From Camelus ferus (lineage: Eukaryota), in assembly GCF_009834535.1 (NCBI RefSeq), contig NC_045696.1, positions 62,622,001-62,686,000 of the forward strand: 64,000 nt of DNA, read 5' to 3'. This document shows positions 35,025-48,804 of the stretch, piece after piece. Every line of letters starts with the position of its first letter. The stretch's first letter is position 1. The notes beneath the pieces are model-generated. The model was not told where the DNA came from. It did not search any database and saw nothing but the letters and a program-made list of their open reading frames with translations. Position numbers and translations under genes: made by a program.

Positions 35025-38000
35025 GTAACCTGGTCTGTGTGCCAATAGCCCCCTGGTTGTGACTTTGCGTCCATTTTCCTGGCTCCAGTACTGCTGGTGC
35101 CCCATGTCGGAGAGAAGAGCTGCACTTTAACACGAGGGGATGGGAGACGGTGAGGGCGAGCAGGCCAGCTGAGGCCCTGTGTGCAGAGCTTCCTGCACAG
35201 AGACTCCAGGACATGGCCCTGGGACCCATTCACGAGGACATGGTGTGAGTTACGTGGTGTGGCGTCCCTGGATCAGAGCATCTGGGCTCCAGCCCTGACT
35301 CTGCTCCTTGCACACATCCTTCTCTGGGACTCATTTGTAAAATGGCAGGTTGAACTAGGTGACCCTCCATCCCAAACTGTGATCCTGCTCTTTCCGGTTT
35401 GAACCTCTACTTATCTGACTTTGAAATATCAAATCTAGATGTGAGAGATGCAAATTATGACTGAATAGGACTTTTCTTTTGAGACTCTGATGTGCAATTA
35501 AAGTATTTTCTGGTCCCTCCCAGGCAGAAGAGCTGTGATTGTCTGGTCTGTGATAAGCTGGTCTTGTGTGGAAGTGCCGGCAGGTCATCCTTGGACCAGA
35601 AGCCTTGGGGGAGGGGAGTTTCATTTGTGTGGTGTCCCATGCTTCTGCATTCTTCTCCTCCAAATGGTCCTTGATTGATTCTGGAGCCCTGAATATTGCC
35701 CAAGCCCCCTGGTTTCTGGCCAAGGTAAACCACAACCTGAACATTTTAGGGGTGAGGAAGGGAGTTCGGGATCTCGGGGTAGCAGCTATCCAAACTGTAA
35801 GCAGTTGTGTTTCCAGCAATTCCCAGACCAGGCAGAACCTGCCCGCCTAGGGGATGGCCAGGCTGTTTGGTGGAAGGGCCTTGCAGGGCAAGGAGTGGAA
35901 GAGGAGTCAGAGCATCGCTGTTTGAAGGGACCTGGCGAGGCAGGAATTCAGGAGTTAGAGGTTGAAGCTGGGTTCCTGCTGGCAGGTTGTCATTCCACAG
36001 GAGAATCTAGCCCATCCATTCTGGCTGGGACCTTGCCTCCACAGGGCGAGTTCCTGCACCACGGAGGCTTCTGAATGTTCTCATAGCTGTGAGGCAAGGA
36101 CTCGGGGAGCTTCAGTGAGCAGGGGTCTGAAGGAGAGCAGGGGCGAGCTCACCCAAAGGGCACAGGGAGGAGAGCTGGCATTTGTGATTGTGCACAGAAA
36201 CCAGGTGCAGCTCTGTCTGCTCCCCAATTTGCCCCACCAGTCCTGGGGGTTACACGTGAGAGCCGACTGAGGAGCTGAGTGAACAGCAGTTATTTCTGTC
36301 CCTTCTGGTGGGCAGGGGTGGTCTCTCCAGGCAGGCTTGGGCAGGTGTGTGGGTACTCAGGCCGGAGGGGGCTGCGGTTCCTGCTGTCCTGGATTCTAGA
36401 GGAGGAGACACACATGAGTGCTAGTCCCAGCTCTGCTGCCCGCCTCGGGTGCCTTTGCTGCGGCCTCAATTTCCCCACCCAGGAACGAGGGGGCTGATCT
36501 TGTGAAGAGTCCAGGGTTACAGGAATCCCCTTGTGGGTTTCTCTAGTTCCGGGGAGCGGAGGGAAGAGGGGTTCTCCCCTTACCCTTCCTCTCCCATCCT
36601 CACCTCACTCCTAGCAATCCCTGATCACTCTGTAGATCAGGCTTTGGAGCAGGATTCTACTTGGTCAAAAGGTTTTGTGGTTACGCTGGCACTTTGAAAT
36701 GTCTCGACTAGATGGGCCTTAAGGGCCAGACCAGTCCTGTTGTCCCGCATGCACGATTGGCCTTGAATGAAGTTCTGTGACAGAAAAGGTGGCAAAGGAC
36801 GGTAGGAGGTCTGGGAGGGGGCGGCCCTGGCCTTCCTTTCTCTCCTCCGTGCTTCAGCTGGTAGGTCTCTGCCCATCGTATGCTAAACTCTAGGCCAGGT
36901 TATGCTTTGGGGCACCCAGAGGGACGGGATTGTCAGGGCAGAGAAGGGACTTCTGCTTCACAGCACTGGGGAGGACCAGTTAGTGAGCAGTCAGTGCAGA
37001 TGACAGGACTTAGGGACCCCAGGCCGCCATCCCTCCGTCTCCCTGACTGCCCTGCCCTGTAGCCTGGCCTTGCGCCCGGGCCTTGTCTGCAGAGAAGAGG
37101 CTTTGGCCTGAGCTTTGACGTTCATGCAGGCGATCAGGTTGTGAGTGTCCCTCCAGGTGGCCCACGGGCTCTGAGGGGCCTGCGTCAGGAGGTGGGGGAG
37201 GAGCTGTTTGGGATGGGCTGACCCAGACATGGACTCTCTTGTTGGGTTCTTTAGGCGAATGATGATACGCTGCTCGAGATTCATTTTTACATCTGCCTGA
37301 AGTCCGCTTCCTAAGAAGGGTGTTGTTAGGAGTCGTAAGGTTTGGCAATCATAAAATTGAAAGAGCGATGCTGCAGTTCCATGGAGTCTGGGGGCTCCTG
37401 CCGTGCAGACCGGCTGCTGCGCAGCACTGGGGCAGCACCAGAAGCTTTCGGAATTCCTGCAGCTTTTGGAAGGATGCTTTGTTTTCCAGCACCACTAGTG
37501 CTGTCTTGCGTTTGTCATGGCTCTTTATTGCTGCCTTTTTTGTGTTTGTTGTTTTAAATCATATAAATTGCTATTGTTTTGTGCTTTGTTGATGGTTTTG
37601 TTCTCGTGTAATTGCTGCATTCATGCTATTTTGGTTTGTTTTGTTTCTTTCATAGTGTTCTTCTTTCTCCGGGAAAGTGAGAATGGGCGTGGTTGGATCA
37701 TAAACCCTTGGTCTTGCCAGGAACGCTGGCTTAGAAAAGCATGTGTTCCCCTGAATTCTGTCTCAGGAGGTCCTGTCTGGTGTTTGCCCCCAAAATTCAG
37801 GTTATTTCTCTCCGGCCCTCTCCCTTCTGAAGCCTAAGTGTCACCCTTCTGTACCCACACGACCTTTACAATATATTTACCTCTTTTGCTATTTGAAAAG
37901 TGACACCATTCATTAAAAAAAAAAAACCCTGAAAACTATGTTAAAATAGAAATGAATGTATCCCTTTACTACTACTTAGACATCACGACCAAATAATTCT

Positions 38001-39399
38001 CTGATTATCTTCTAATATTTCCCAGCACATAGCTTTTTAAAGATTTAAGCAAAGTCAGAGTTTTACTATATATTTAATGCATTTTGAGTCTTTTTTTATA
38101 CAGCAGAAAATGAAATTGAACCTTCATCTAAGCTCAGAAATGAAAGAAATGGTACAAGTAAATCTGTATTGTGACTTCTTCGGTTAATGTCACTCATCAC
38201 CATTTTCTGTGTAATCACAGTCCTTGAAAATTCTTTGAATGGTTCCATTGAGTAGATGAACCTTAGTTCACTTTATCATTTCCATGTTCTCAGCACCTAG
38301 TTGTTATTTTTCTCTATGATCATAAATTACACTGTGGTGAATATCCTCATGCATCAAGAATATTTTCTCTAATTGGGATTATTTCCTTAGGCTAGCTCCC
38401 CACAGGTGGAATTAGTGGGCCAGAGGTGACCCTTACAAAGCCAACCTGTGTCAAGTGCCCCCGCCCCGGCCCCAGTGTCTCAGCCTGCACGTGTGAGGTT
38501 CTGTACAGTTTTCTAAGCCCATGGATGACTGACCTCTCAGAGGGACCTCAGCTGCTATCCCTAATTGACAGGGGAGGAAGCGAGGAGCTGAGGGCAGGCC
38601 ACTTCTCTGAGTTCTAGTTCTGAACACCCCCAACCCCTTGGTTTCCGGGGCCTTGGTCCCCGCTCGTTCTGATGGTGAGGACTGAGTGCTGGCCTCTCAT
38701 ACCCGCACGGCCCCTCGAGGCTTCCAAAGCCTGGCCTCCTCTCCTCTCCGGGCCCCTCGCTGCAGCCCTGTAGAAGGGGCCTGGCTGGCATGGGCGGGCA
38801 ATAGGTAACCCTGTGTATTTTGCCCTGACTGTCCCCCTTGGAGTAGCACTGCTCAGACCAAGTCTGCAGAGAGGAATGAAGGGGCCTTGCTGGTGAAACA
38901 CGCTGGCTCTGATTTTGTTTTTTCTTCTGTGGCTTGTTGGAGGGGTCACACGAGGCTGGCTGGCTGGCTGGTCGTGCTGCTCACAGGTGCTTGCCTGCGC
39001 ATGGGTCCCACGCAGACACACAGCCTCTCTTCGCTCCTCACTCACACGTGCGGGGCTTTTATCTCCTCCTGTCGATGGTGTTGGGCTTGTTGCCATTGGG
39101 AGCATCTTATGCAATGGAAAAGAAAATATTTTGCCCAAGTGGAGCTGGAGGGAGCAGAGAGCAGCTTCCCTCTCCTGTGTCACATGGCTCCACAGAGCTC
39201 GTGGCTCTGGCGTAGAGACACGGGCCATAAAAACAGCCCTTACAGAGGCTAAGCCATGGTGCCTGGTTCATGCTTGTGGTGGGGGGTCCCCCTAGGCAGG
39301 GAAGGCATGTGCGAAGACAGTCAGCAGTGGGTAAGGCTGGCCAGAGGCCCCGGGAGACTTTCCTGGTATGCTGTCCTATCCTGTGTTCAACCCTTTGCC

Positions 39400-39910
39400 A
39401 ATAGACATCTTTGCCAAGGGTCTGGGGTTTACATGACACGGTGCTGGGCACTCTGGGTGTCCTAGAGATGTTTGCTGCTTCTTGGGCTCACAGTGGTAAG
39501 ATGGGTGGCATGGTCCAGCAATTAGGCAGAACGTCACGAAGGCCACAAGGGAGATCCACACAGTGCTGCATGTTCAGAAGAGGATGAATCACAGGAAAGA
39601 GGAGGGCTTTATGAGGGAGGTGGTACTTGAGATGGGCTTTGAAGGATGGGTAAAATTTCATTGTGCGGAAACAGGTGGTGAGCAGGTCAGGCAGTTAGGA
39701 AGAGTGTGGAGATTGTTTGGGAAACAGCACACCACCTTTTTTGACAAACATACTAGGGCACATGCTGGGAAGCACTGAAAGAGAAGATGGCTGGGGGAGA
39801 TTGGCATGTGCTGTGGGAGCTCAGATGCCAGGTCAAAGAGCTGGCTCTGAATACAGGAGACAGAGCCTCTGTGAGCATTTTGGCAGGGAGGAACTGAGAC
39901 TGGGAGTGGA
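39400..39910 (-). mobile_element. Degenerate L2 fragment
   Basis: gggctttatgagggaggtggtacttgagatgggctttgaaggatgggtaaaatttca. Confidence 0.55.
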
Positions 39911-42670
39911 TTGCAGGGGGAGATGTTGGGGTCCAGCTGCATATCTTTACTGAGTGTCCATCAGCTGTGCAGGCTGTGGGAGACTCACAGGTCTCTGCAG
40001 AAGACCTGGCCTCAAGCAGAAGCAAACCTGGAGAGAGAGTGTGTGTGTATGCACACGTGTAGACCAAGCATGTCTCATACAGAAGGTGAACTACAGTCCA
40101 AATGAGACCTCACAGGCATCCCAGCTTTTGCACAGCCTCCCTCTTTTCCTGAGAGCCCAGGGGCTGCAGCAATCGTTATGCTGGCTGCCATGGGAACAGT
40201 TATAAACTAACTTCACCTTTTAGCAACTCTGTGGCTCAAGAACAAAATGAAGTGAAGAACTTATGAGAGTAGGCAGAGCAGGGATTCTTCCACTCTGAGC
40301 CCATCAACCCCTGTAAAACCAGTGCAGATATTCCTGCCATGGAACCTTGTGTCTGTCAGTCCTTTGCACTTTAGTGTGAATTAGCCCCCAGGCCGATTGC
40401 TTTCCTCTGAACACTGTATAGAAATAGATGACCCACGGAAATGAGATGAATAATATGTTAAATAATGACAAATAAATGAAGTCGAGGGAAGGAGGGAAAA
40501 AGGATTTTGGAGCCTAGTGCACTCCTGGGGTCTTTTGGAGATAGGCTCAGGCTTGTCTTGAGAAACCCCTGAGTCCAGGCAGAAGGAGGTTGGGAGGAGG
40601 GAGGCCAGCTGCCTGATTAGACCTTGATGAGGTTGGACTCCTGGAAAGATCAAGGAAACTCTGCTTCCCCACCTAGTACTTTCCTTCCTAGACTCCGTGA
40701 GTCTAGGAACCCTGGCCTGCATGATGCAGCTTGGCTTTAGCCGCCCTGTGCATCTACTTGGCTTCTGTAGGCTAACCTGGGCAGCTGGCTGTTTTTACCC
40801 TGGCTTCTCTTGGGTCGAGGGTTTAAAAACTTTCAATTGACTGACTTCTTGATGAGCCTTGGGCAAAACCAGCTCCATGGGAGACAGGGTGTTTATATAC
40901 CTACACAGAGCTGCTCACCCTGGTCTGTGTCTGTTTTGGGGTCATGTTCCCAGGTACTTTGTGTTTCTGTTGGTTTCCCTGCCTGTAGTTGAGGAGTGAA
41001 GCTCTGCACAATCCTGTTTTTGCATGGAGGAGGGGTGGGTTTGAGTTGTGGCAGCCTCTTCTAACTCTGCCTATGATTGGGGCATTGGTACCTCTGGGCT
41101 CAGAATTCCCGGGGTCACTGGCTATGAGCTGTGCTGGTAGCACTGGCATCTGGACTGCTCTGTGTGCCTGAAGGACTCAGGCTGGGTCATCCTTGGGGTG
41201 TGGGGACTGTCATTATGACTGCTCTGTTTGGGCCATGCTGGGGAGGGGGCATCTGAGATGAGGAAGAGGGTGTCCTCTACCTGTCTGAGGACAAAATCTC
41301 CATCAGTCACAACCTTTCAGTTTTATAGAGCATGTTCATGTCCACCTGTGGCAGGGGTGCCCAGCAGCAATCATGATCCCATTTTTCAGACAAAGTAATT
41401 GAGGCACAGAGAGGGGCAGATATTTTTCTTGGGGTCACAGAGCCTGACTGAGCAAGGATGTGACCGAGGGCCCCTGACTCTCAGCGGGTGCACACCAGGG
41501 ACATCCCTACGCTTTCCTGGCTCGGAAAACACCTGGCTGTGTTCTCAGGTGTCGGCTTCCCCTTCAGGCCTGGCCTCAGATACAGTGTGGGGAGGGTTCA
41601 CATTTGCAGAAGATTCTCTCTGCTTGAGTCAATCAGCCAAAATTTGAGGGACAGCTCTGCCCCAGACCTGTTCCTGGGGTTTTGGAGTAAGTAGAGAAAA
41701 TTCAGTTTTGCCTCAATTTCCCCTTTCAGCCTAAGTTTCCTCATCTGTAAAGTGGGGATAATTTTACCCTTTTAACCTTGGTTCTAGGGCTGTTGTGGGG
41801 AGAGGTCAGCGTGGGAAAATATTGAATGAACACTGAGTTTTGCTGTGGCTGCTGCTGCTGATGGTAATGACTTCATGTTGGTGTTTCTTCAGGTCAGATG
41901 TCCCTAAATCACTGGTTCCCAAGCTTTGCTATCTAGGGACACCCTCCCCCCACACCGAGCTGTCCAGATCACCAATGGCTATCTCTCCTACCTCCCCCCA
42001 GGGGAAAACTAGTGCCCAGTTAGGGGGAAAAGATTGTGCACTGGCCGGAGGCATGGGGTCTGGCCACTTGTCAGCTCTGGGCTGTAACAGGGCATCACAT
42101 TGTTCTTTACTGTGTGACCATGTAATCCACAGGAGGTTGTGTGCATCCCAGGCGCCTGGAGGGAGCAGGGATTGGTGAAGGTGGTTGAGTAGATCTATGA
42201 TCTACTTTAAGCCTCCTAACAATTCCGTGACTTAACCAGGAATTAAAACCCCAGTTTTACAGATGGACAGTATGAGGCCTGGAGAAATGAGTTGATTTGA
42301 TGAAAGTCACCTCGTGGTGACACCTTGGTAGTCCAACTCCAGTTCTTTCCTGGCCTCAGTTCCCCCAGCTATTCAGAGAGGGCATGGGGCTCCATGACCT
42401 GCTCGGTCCTCCCCAGCCAGGCATTCGGAGTGCTCCTTGGGGCACACGCTCCCTCCGTGTGTGTACCAGGAGTGTTTGCCGTGTAGGTTGTGTGTATGTG
42501 TGTTCTCTATGTGTTCCACAGTTTTCAAATTGGAGGACACCCTTACAGATCTGTGTATGTATGTGTGTTCTTCACTCCAGCTTCTCAGAATCCCCTTTGG
42601 TCCTCAGCACTTTGGGCCTTTGCATCTTTTCCACATCTGTCTCACTGTCTAGTCTTGAGCAGTCACTTTT

Positions 42671-42808
42671 TATTTCTATTGTGAAAGAGGTAATTAGGCT
42701 TATTTATTTATGTATCTAATTTTTAATGGAGGCACTGGGGATTGAACCCAGGACCTTGTGCATGCTAAGCACACACTCTACCACTGAGCTATACCCTCTC
42801 CCTCCCCA
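42671..42808 (-). mobile_element. Camelid tRNA-Ala-derived SINE (vic-1 type), copy 1
   Basis: Minus strand reads GGGTATAGCTCAGTGGTAGAGTGTGTGCTTAGCATGCACAAGGTCCTGGGTTCAATCCCCAGTGCCTCCA plus an A-rich tail. TSD agcagtca(c/t)tttt at 42658-42670 and 42809-42821. Confidence 0.9.
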
Positions 42809-42821
42809 AGCAGTCATTTTT

Positions 42822-43400
42822 TAAAAATAAACTTTGTTTTAGAACAGTTTTAGATTTATGGAAAAATGTAAAGACAGCACGGAGAGTTCCCATAGCCCCA
42901 CATCCAATTTCCCCTACTATTAACATATTACATTTATGCAGTATATTGGTTACAGTTAATAAACCATATGGACACATTATTATTATCTAGAGGCCGCACT
43001 ATTCACATGCGCTTAGTTTTAGTCTAAGGCCCTTTCTCTGTCCCAGGACCCATCCAGGACACCACATTACATTTGGTTGTCGTGTCTCCACAGGCTTCCC
43101 TTGGCAGTGAAATCTTCTCCACCTTGCCTTGTTTCTGATCACCTTGACAGTTCTGAGGAGTACTGGTCGGACAGTTTGCAGAGGGTCTGTCAGCTGGAGC
43201 CTGTCTGATGTTTTTCTCATCACTGGCCGGGAGCTAGGAGTTTTGGGGGAGGAAGTGTCGTTTTCATCACGCTGTGTCCGTGGTGCATCACATCGTCTCA
43301 AGTGTACGTGATTTATCGCTGTTGATGTTGACCTTGGTCACCTGGCTGAGGGAGTATGTGTCAGGTTTCTCCACTGTAAAGTTTCTCTTCTCTCTCCCTG
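42822..43400 (-). mobile_element. L1MC-type 3' end
   Basis: ttttagaacagttttagattta...gagagttcccata...ccaggacaccacattacattt...ccttgacagttctgaggagtactgg...tgatgttgaccttggtcacctggctgagg. Confidence 0.85.
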
Positions 43401-43774
43401 GCCATGCTGAAAGCCTGTGGATGCTCACTTTTTAAAGGGCAGGTGTCTACTGCTGGGGCCCATCCTGCAGGTCCTGCTAGTGATCTGCCCCCGGCAGTGC
43501 CACCAGCCATGGTCTGTGGGAGCCCAGACGTTCTGAGAGACCCCTCACCATTCCAGAGGGTGGGCCCCATTTTACTGCATGGGTCAGTCAGTGACCATGA
43601 CCATGCTTCTCTTGACACCCAGGCCCAAGGTCTGCAGGGAGTGCAGAGCCAGGGAGGTCTGCAGCAGGCTGAGAAGGGAGTTGGTCTGTCATGGAGACGA
43701 GGTCTTCAGGCTCGGGTACAAACTGCGGCTCTGAGACCCACTAGATTCATGGCCCTGGGAAGTTACTCCAGGCT

Positions 43775-43995
43775 GTGTGGAGTAGTGATTAGGAACAAGG
43801 GCCTGGAGCCAGAGTGCCTGGGCTCAGGGCAGCCTCCTCGCTGATGTGCTGAGCGACTCTGGCCAAGTTACTGAACCTGCCTAGGCCTCAATTTCCCCAT
43901 CTATGAAATGAAGATAACAACAGTTCACAGGGTTGTTACAAGAATTAAGTGAATTAGTATTTGAAATGGGCTTAGAACAGTGCCTGGACGTGATG
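43775..43995 (+). mobile_element. MIR SINE, near full length
   Basis: gtagtgattaggaacaagggcctggagccagagtgcctggg...caagttactgaacct...cctcaatttccccatctatgaaatg...cttagaacagtgcctgg. Confidence 0.85.
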
Positions 43996-46004
43996 TATCT
44001 AACGGGAGGCGTCCTGCTGTGTCAGCCAGTCTCCTCTCTGGATCTCAGTGTCCTTATCTGTAAAATGGGGATGATAAAGGACTTACTTCAGAGGAATCAA
44101 AGTACCTGAAATGTGCAATCATAGCACCTTTATTATTACCAACACTATCAGCCCCATCCTGCTCATGCTTCCTAAGGAGATCTGTGCGTAAAAAGATCAG
44201 GCAAATGCAAAATGTTGTCAACTCCCTGAAAATGTAGGACTTGCTCCCTGAGTGTCCTCTGCCCCAGAGTCACCTTCTTGAAGCCTCCTATGATGCTTGC
44301 TATTACAGAACAGAAGGACAAGGGTGACTGGAGATGAATGGGGGTGGCCCAGTCCTGCTCCTAGATCCCCTTCCCCTGGCATCATGAGTACCCCCGAACA
44401 TCCTTATTTCAGCAGTCTGTCCCTGGGGCCTTGCTCTCCTCACGCTGGAGGCAGACAGTTGGACTCCTAGATCCACTTTGGGTAAGTGGTGCTGGATGGG
44501 CAAGACTGGTCCAAATCTCTGGTAGTTCATGCATAGGTGCATCCTGGCCCAGGTTCATAGGCCCACATGAGACAGAATGGAGTCAGGGCTAGAAAGCCTG
44601 CAGGCTGGGGACAGAACCAAAATGGGAGCATCAGTCTGACAGCTCTAGTTCATTCATTCATTCAGTGCTTTGAAACACTGAGGTCAGTGTGCAGCCTTTT
44701 CTTGAAAGCCTCTAAAATTCCATCTTCTTCTTCTTTTTTCCCTCTTAAGTGAAAACTGGCAAATGTAGTAAAAGGCATATTCAGTTTGGACTTCTTGGTT
44801 CTGTGCTTTTTGTGTTTTTACTCACTACTGTTGGAGGGGGTCTTAAATGTTCTCCACTGTTGTCTCATAGCAGATTCATAAAACAGAGAAGACTTTTAAG
44901 GCTGGTTTGTGGAACTTTATAACTTCGTTCAGTTTGAACCCAAATCAGGAAACTAGTCTTTAATCAATGTTTAATCATCCATCAGTGAGGCAGAGTTGTA
45001 TCTAATGGGAGGGGTCCTGCCTTGGGATGTGCATGCATTCTGAACCTGCGGTGCAGTGGAGAAGGGGTGGGGATGCTGGGGGTGGTCTCTTCTCTACCTG
45101 TCACTCAACATCAGGAGAAGGCAGTCACAAAGGGCCCTCTAAACTCGGTGATGCTGTTTTAGTTGGTTTGCCGGTCTCTGAAATCCTTAATGGAACAGGT
45201 GGCGGCTGGCTTGTGCCCTTACCCCTGGTTGATTGATCCCTTGGCCTCTGCTTACTAGTTCAGGGGTGAAGTGGCCTGAGGGTAGAAAGGTGGGTAGTTT
45301 AGTGTGGACGTGGGGTCGGCAGGACTGGGGGTGAGTCCTCACCCTGCCTCCACTGTCCTGGCCGTCGGATGTAAGGGAGAGGGAGAGCTGCCTCCCCGGA
45401 GGACGGTGAAATAGAATCTGACTCCAGGATGCTGTTTCTAGTGGGTATGGTCACCGTGTAAAGGTCACATGCATGACTGTGGCTTCCCTTCTCTCTGGAG
45501 TTTTCCTCCTACGCTTGAGACAGGAGAGGCAGGCTGGAACAGGGCTGCCTGAGAAGGGCGGGGCCCGGGGGCACTGTTTCCCTCCCTCCCCTGCACCCCT
45601 CAGGCTTGCTTCGGCCCAAGCAGAGTGAGGTCCCACTGAGACTCTGGGCCTCAGTCACGTTCTCCAGAGTGGTTTGCCAGAATTCTGCCTCGCAGCCCAG
45701 CTAATAACAAAGTGGTATTGACTTTCTCAGCTGCCATTACTCCTGGGGCATCTGCAGGACTCAGAAGCCTCCTCAGGAGGAGGGGTCCCTCTGGTCACAG
45801 CAACATCTAGTACCGCCTAACCCCTCCTACCGCCTAGCAGGCCCTGCGTGAGCAGCCTGACTTCTCTGAGCTGCCGACTTTGTTTAGAAAAGGGAGATAA
45901 CTGATTGTCCAAATGTCCTCGGGCCGGATGGGGACCGAGGTGGCGTGTGAGGAGCTGTAGCCCCTGGCACGCAGGGACTTAACAACATGTGTTATTGGTG
46001 CTTT

Positions 46005-46200
46005 CCCTCTCCCAGGGCCCGCTGCATAGCAGCACGTGAAAAGCTCTGATAAGCACTGAAGTAAAAAAAAAAAAAAAAAGTTTCACTTTGCTTAACTCAG
46101 TATTTTTCAAACATAGCCTATTACAGAACCCCTTTCTAAGGAATACTTATCCACATTCTGAGATACGGCTGTTTCACAAAACTCACTATAAGAAATGCTG
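46005..46200. mobile_element. MER103-like hAT fragment with expanded internal A-run
   Basis: aaagctctgataagcactgaagta...actttgcttaactcagtatttttcaaac...aagaaatgctg. Confidence 0.45.
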
Positions 46201-46294
46201 CCCTTGACCTAGAGTAATAAACACCACTGGAGTAGCGCCTTCAGGGAAGGGCGCCTCCTGTAAGTCTCTCCTCTTCTTGTGTGGCATTTTAATT

Positions 46295-46380
46295 TTTTTT
46301 TTTTTTTTTAGTGGAGGTAGTGGGGACTAAACCCAGGACGCTAAGCACACGCTGTACCACTGAGCTCTACCCTCCCCACC
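46295..46380 (-). mobile_element. vic-1-type SINE, copy 2 (short internal deletion)
   Basis: Poly-T followed by gtggaggtagtggggactaaacccaggacgctaagcacacgctgtaccactgagctctaccc. TSD gtggc(a/g)ttttaatt at 46281-46294 and 46381-46394. Confidence 0.88.
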
Positions 46381-47099
46381 GTGGCGTTTTAATTATTCAC
46401 TACTTTGTTGCTTACACCGTGACTACTTCCTGAGGGGATCTGAAGTAGCTTTGGGGATGCCAAAGTTTGCCTCTGATGCAAAAGTGTTAGGAAGACTTTG
46501 CCTGGATCACAAATCGTGGTGGGAACAGAGTTGTGTAAAAGGGGGGGGGGGACGTGTGTCTGGTACCAGTCTGCAGGCCCTGTGCTGCTGACAGACTAGA
46601 GTGGTTTCAGAGGAGGGTGACCCAGAGGGTGGCTGAGGGATCCTGAGGTCGACCCTTGAGGGCACCAGGCCGCCACCCAAGACAGGACTCACGGTCTTCT
46701 GAGGGGCCATTCGGGGAAAGGGAAGGCAGGGCTGTTCTGTGTGGCTCTGAGAGGCCACGCCAGGTGCAGCTGACTGGAGTTTCTAACTCTGTCGCCACTG
46801 GTCTGTGGGCGCCGTGGGCAAGGCCTCTCCCTGCCCAGGGGGCAGGTCCTCACCTGCAGCCTGAGGGGTTGGATAAGATCCAGGGTGTAGGCTGGCTGTA
46901 GACCACACGCTGGCCATTGTAGCATCCTTACAGGGGCTTTCAGTGGCAGCGTTCCTGGGGACCACCTGTCCTCGTGTCACTGCTCTGGGTTCTGTGTCTT
47001 CATGTCTCCTTCGACGCCCCTGGGCTGAAGCCCTCTGCAGAGCCCTGGTGGTCAGCTCAGTGTCTCCTGGGCTCTCCTTGCTCACTCGGCCGCAGCCAC

Positions 47100-47465
47100 A
47101 CCAGCTTCCCTGCCCCTCCGCCTGGACCGCCCTCCTGCGGGTCTCCCCACGGCTTGCTCCCTCACTCCTTCAGATTTCTGTCCCGTTGTCACCTCCTCTG
47201 GGAGAGTCCCTGAGCATCCTGTGTAAAAGTGTACTCACCTCCTCTGGAGCACCCTGCTCTGTCCCCTGTCCGGCTTCATAGTCCTTATCTCATCTGATGG
47301 AGAATGTATTTTACTTTTCCTTCCGATCGTCTGTCTCCTGCACCCACATGGAGGCTCCACGAGGGCAGGAGGTCTTCTGCGTTTTGTTCACTGCTGTGCT
47401 CCCCGTGCCCAGAACAATGCCGGGCACACAGTAGGCATTCAGGAAGCATTTGTCAAGTGAATTAG
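47100..47465 (+). mobile_element. L2 3' end
   Basis: ctccacgagggcaggag...ttttgttcactgctgtgctccccgtgcccagaacaatgccgggcacacagtaggcattcaggaagcatttgt. Confidence 0.8.
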
Positions 47466-48804
47466 GTGAGGACATCTTTGTTAGGTGTGTATCTTGAGCC
47501 AGTCTGTTTTGTGGGTCACTTCCATACACCAGGGCCGACTCACGGCCTTGGCACTTTTTCTTAAGCCCACTTAGAACTACCCAGGGATGAAGTCCGGCAG
47601 CTTCTGACAAACTGCATAGAAGCTAGACGTTCTTTGTGGGTTGGTCACAACCAGGAGCTTGGATTTTCTGGACAACCACTTCTTAATGGGTCCTCCAAGC
47701 CTTGAGGAATCACGGTGATTCTGATTTCCTGGTGTAGCCGGTGATGCCCCGATGTCCAGGCTTCAGCGTGGTGTGAGGTGTGGGAGCTCTCCTGTGGAAG
47801 TGAGCAAAAGGGAAAACAGATACTCAGGAACCTGCCTGAGTGAAGACATCTGAATAAATGCTGAGCAAAAGTTTGAAACATGAGTCCAGTGATTGCAGTG
47901 GAAACTGCTTTCTGCAGGCTCCTGGGGAGCAAATTGGAGGCATCTCAGTTTTCTTATTCTGAAGAGGGACAACTGAGCTGATTTCTCATGAAATGCTAAA
48001 AATAATGTGACGGAGACAGAGACCACTTTCTGTTAACTCAATGTCAGAGGCTCTTTGTAAACTAATGAAAATAGTTGCCATATTGATTGAACAGTAATAC
48101 CTTCCATTTTGGTGTCCATCCCCCACCATTAGATTCTATCTTTTAACTTTTCAAGATCCCCTTTTAAATTCTTGGCCACCAAAGGCGCCAGCCAGCATTC
48201 ATTTCTGTCAAGAGGTCAAGCAGCGTTTATTCTCAGCACCTCGGCACCTGTGAAGGGTCTGCTGTCTCCAGCCATATGCAGGGTGCTGGAATGGGAGGGA
48301 GCCCAAGCCAGTGGGTGCTCACAAAGCCAGAGGTCAGAGGTCAGCAGCCCTGAGCCTGGACTGGGGAGATCACGAGGGATGATTTGCATGGAGAGTGGAC
48401 CAGATGCCGCCAGTTCTGTCAGAGTTCAGAGGGGAAACCTGTGAGGCGGATGTGGTGGGTTTGTGCCGGGCCTTGAAGGCTGAAGGGCTAAGGGTCGGGG
48501 AGGAGAAAGGCAGGCATTCTGGGCGAGGGACGTGCTAGGCAGAGGCCAGCATGCCCGAGGGTTGCCGCCTCTTCAGGTGGTGTCAGGTCCCAGGTCCGTC
48601 AGTCCAGTGTGCCCAGCAAGCACTACTAGGGCTGACATTAAGTGCGTACCTTCCCCTTGTCCTTGTCGTCGTGCATCATCCCCTGGCAGGAGAAGACTCG
48701 GTTTCCCTACCCAAGCCGTGTGTGTAGCTGCTGATGGCCAGGTCCTGCTGGTTGAGCATCTCGGATTGAACCTCAGGCCTGCTCTTCCTTTCTTTTCCCT
48801 GCCC

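Noticed and set aside
42727..42798. Apparent tRNA-Ala(AGC) gene on the - strand (and three similar copies)
   Set aside because: A-rich tails, TSDs, substitutions and multiple copies show these are tRNA-derived SINEs, not functional tRNA genes.
45404..45490. tgaaatagaatctgactcca, resembling an LTR start
   Set aside because: Too short, with no matching 3' end or TSD, to call.
48173..48190. CTCF-like TGGCCACCAAAGGCGCCA
   Set aside because: One base short in the core and lacks the AG at the conserved position.
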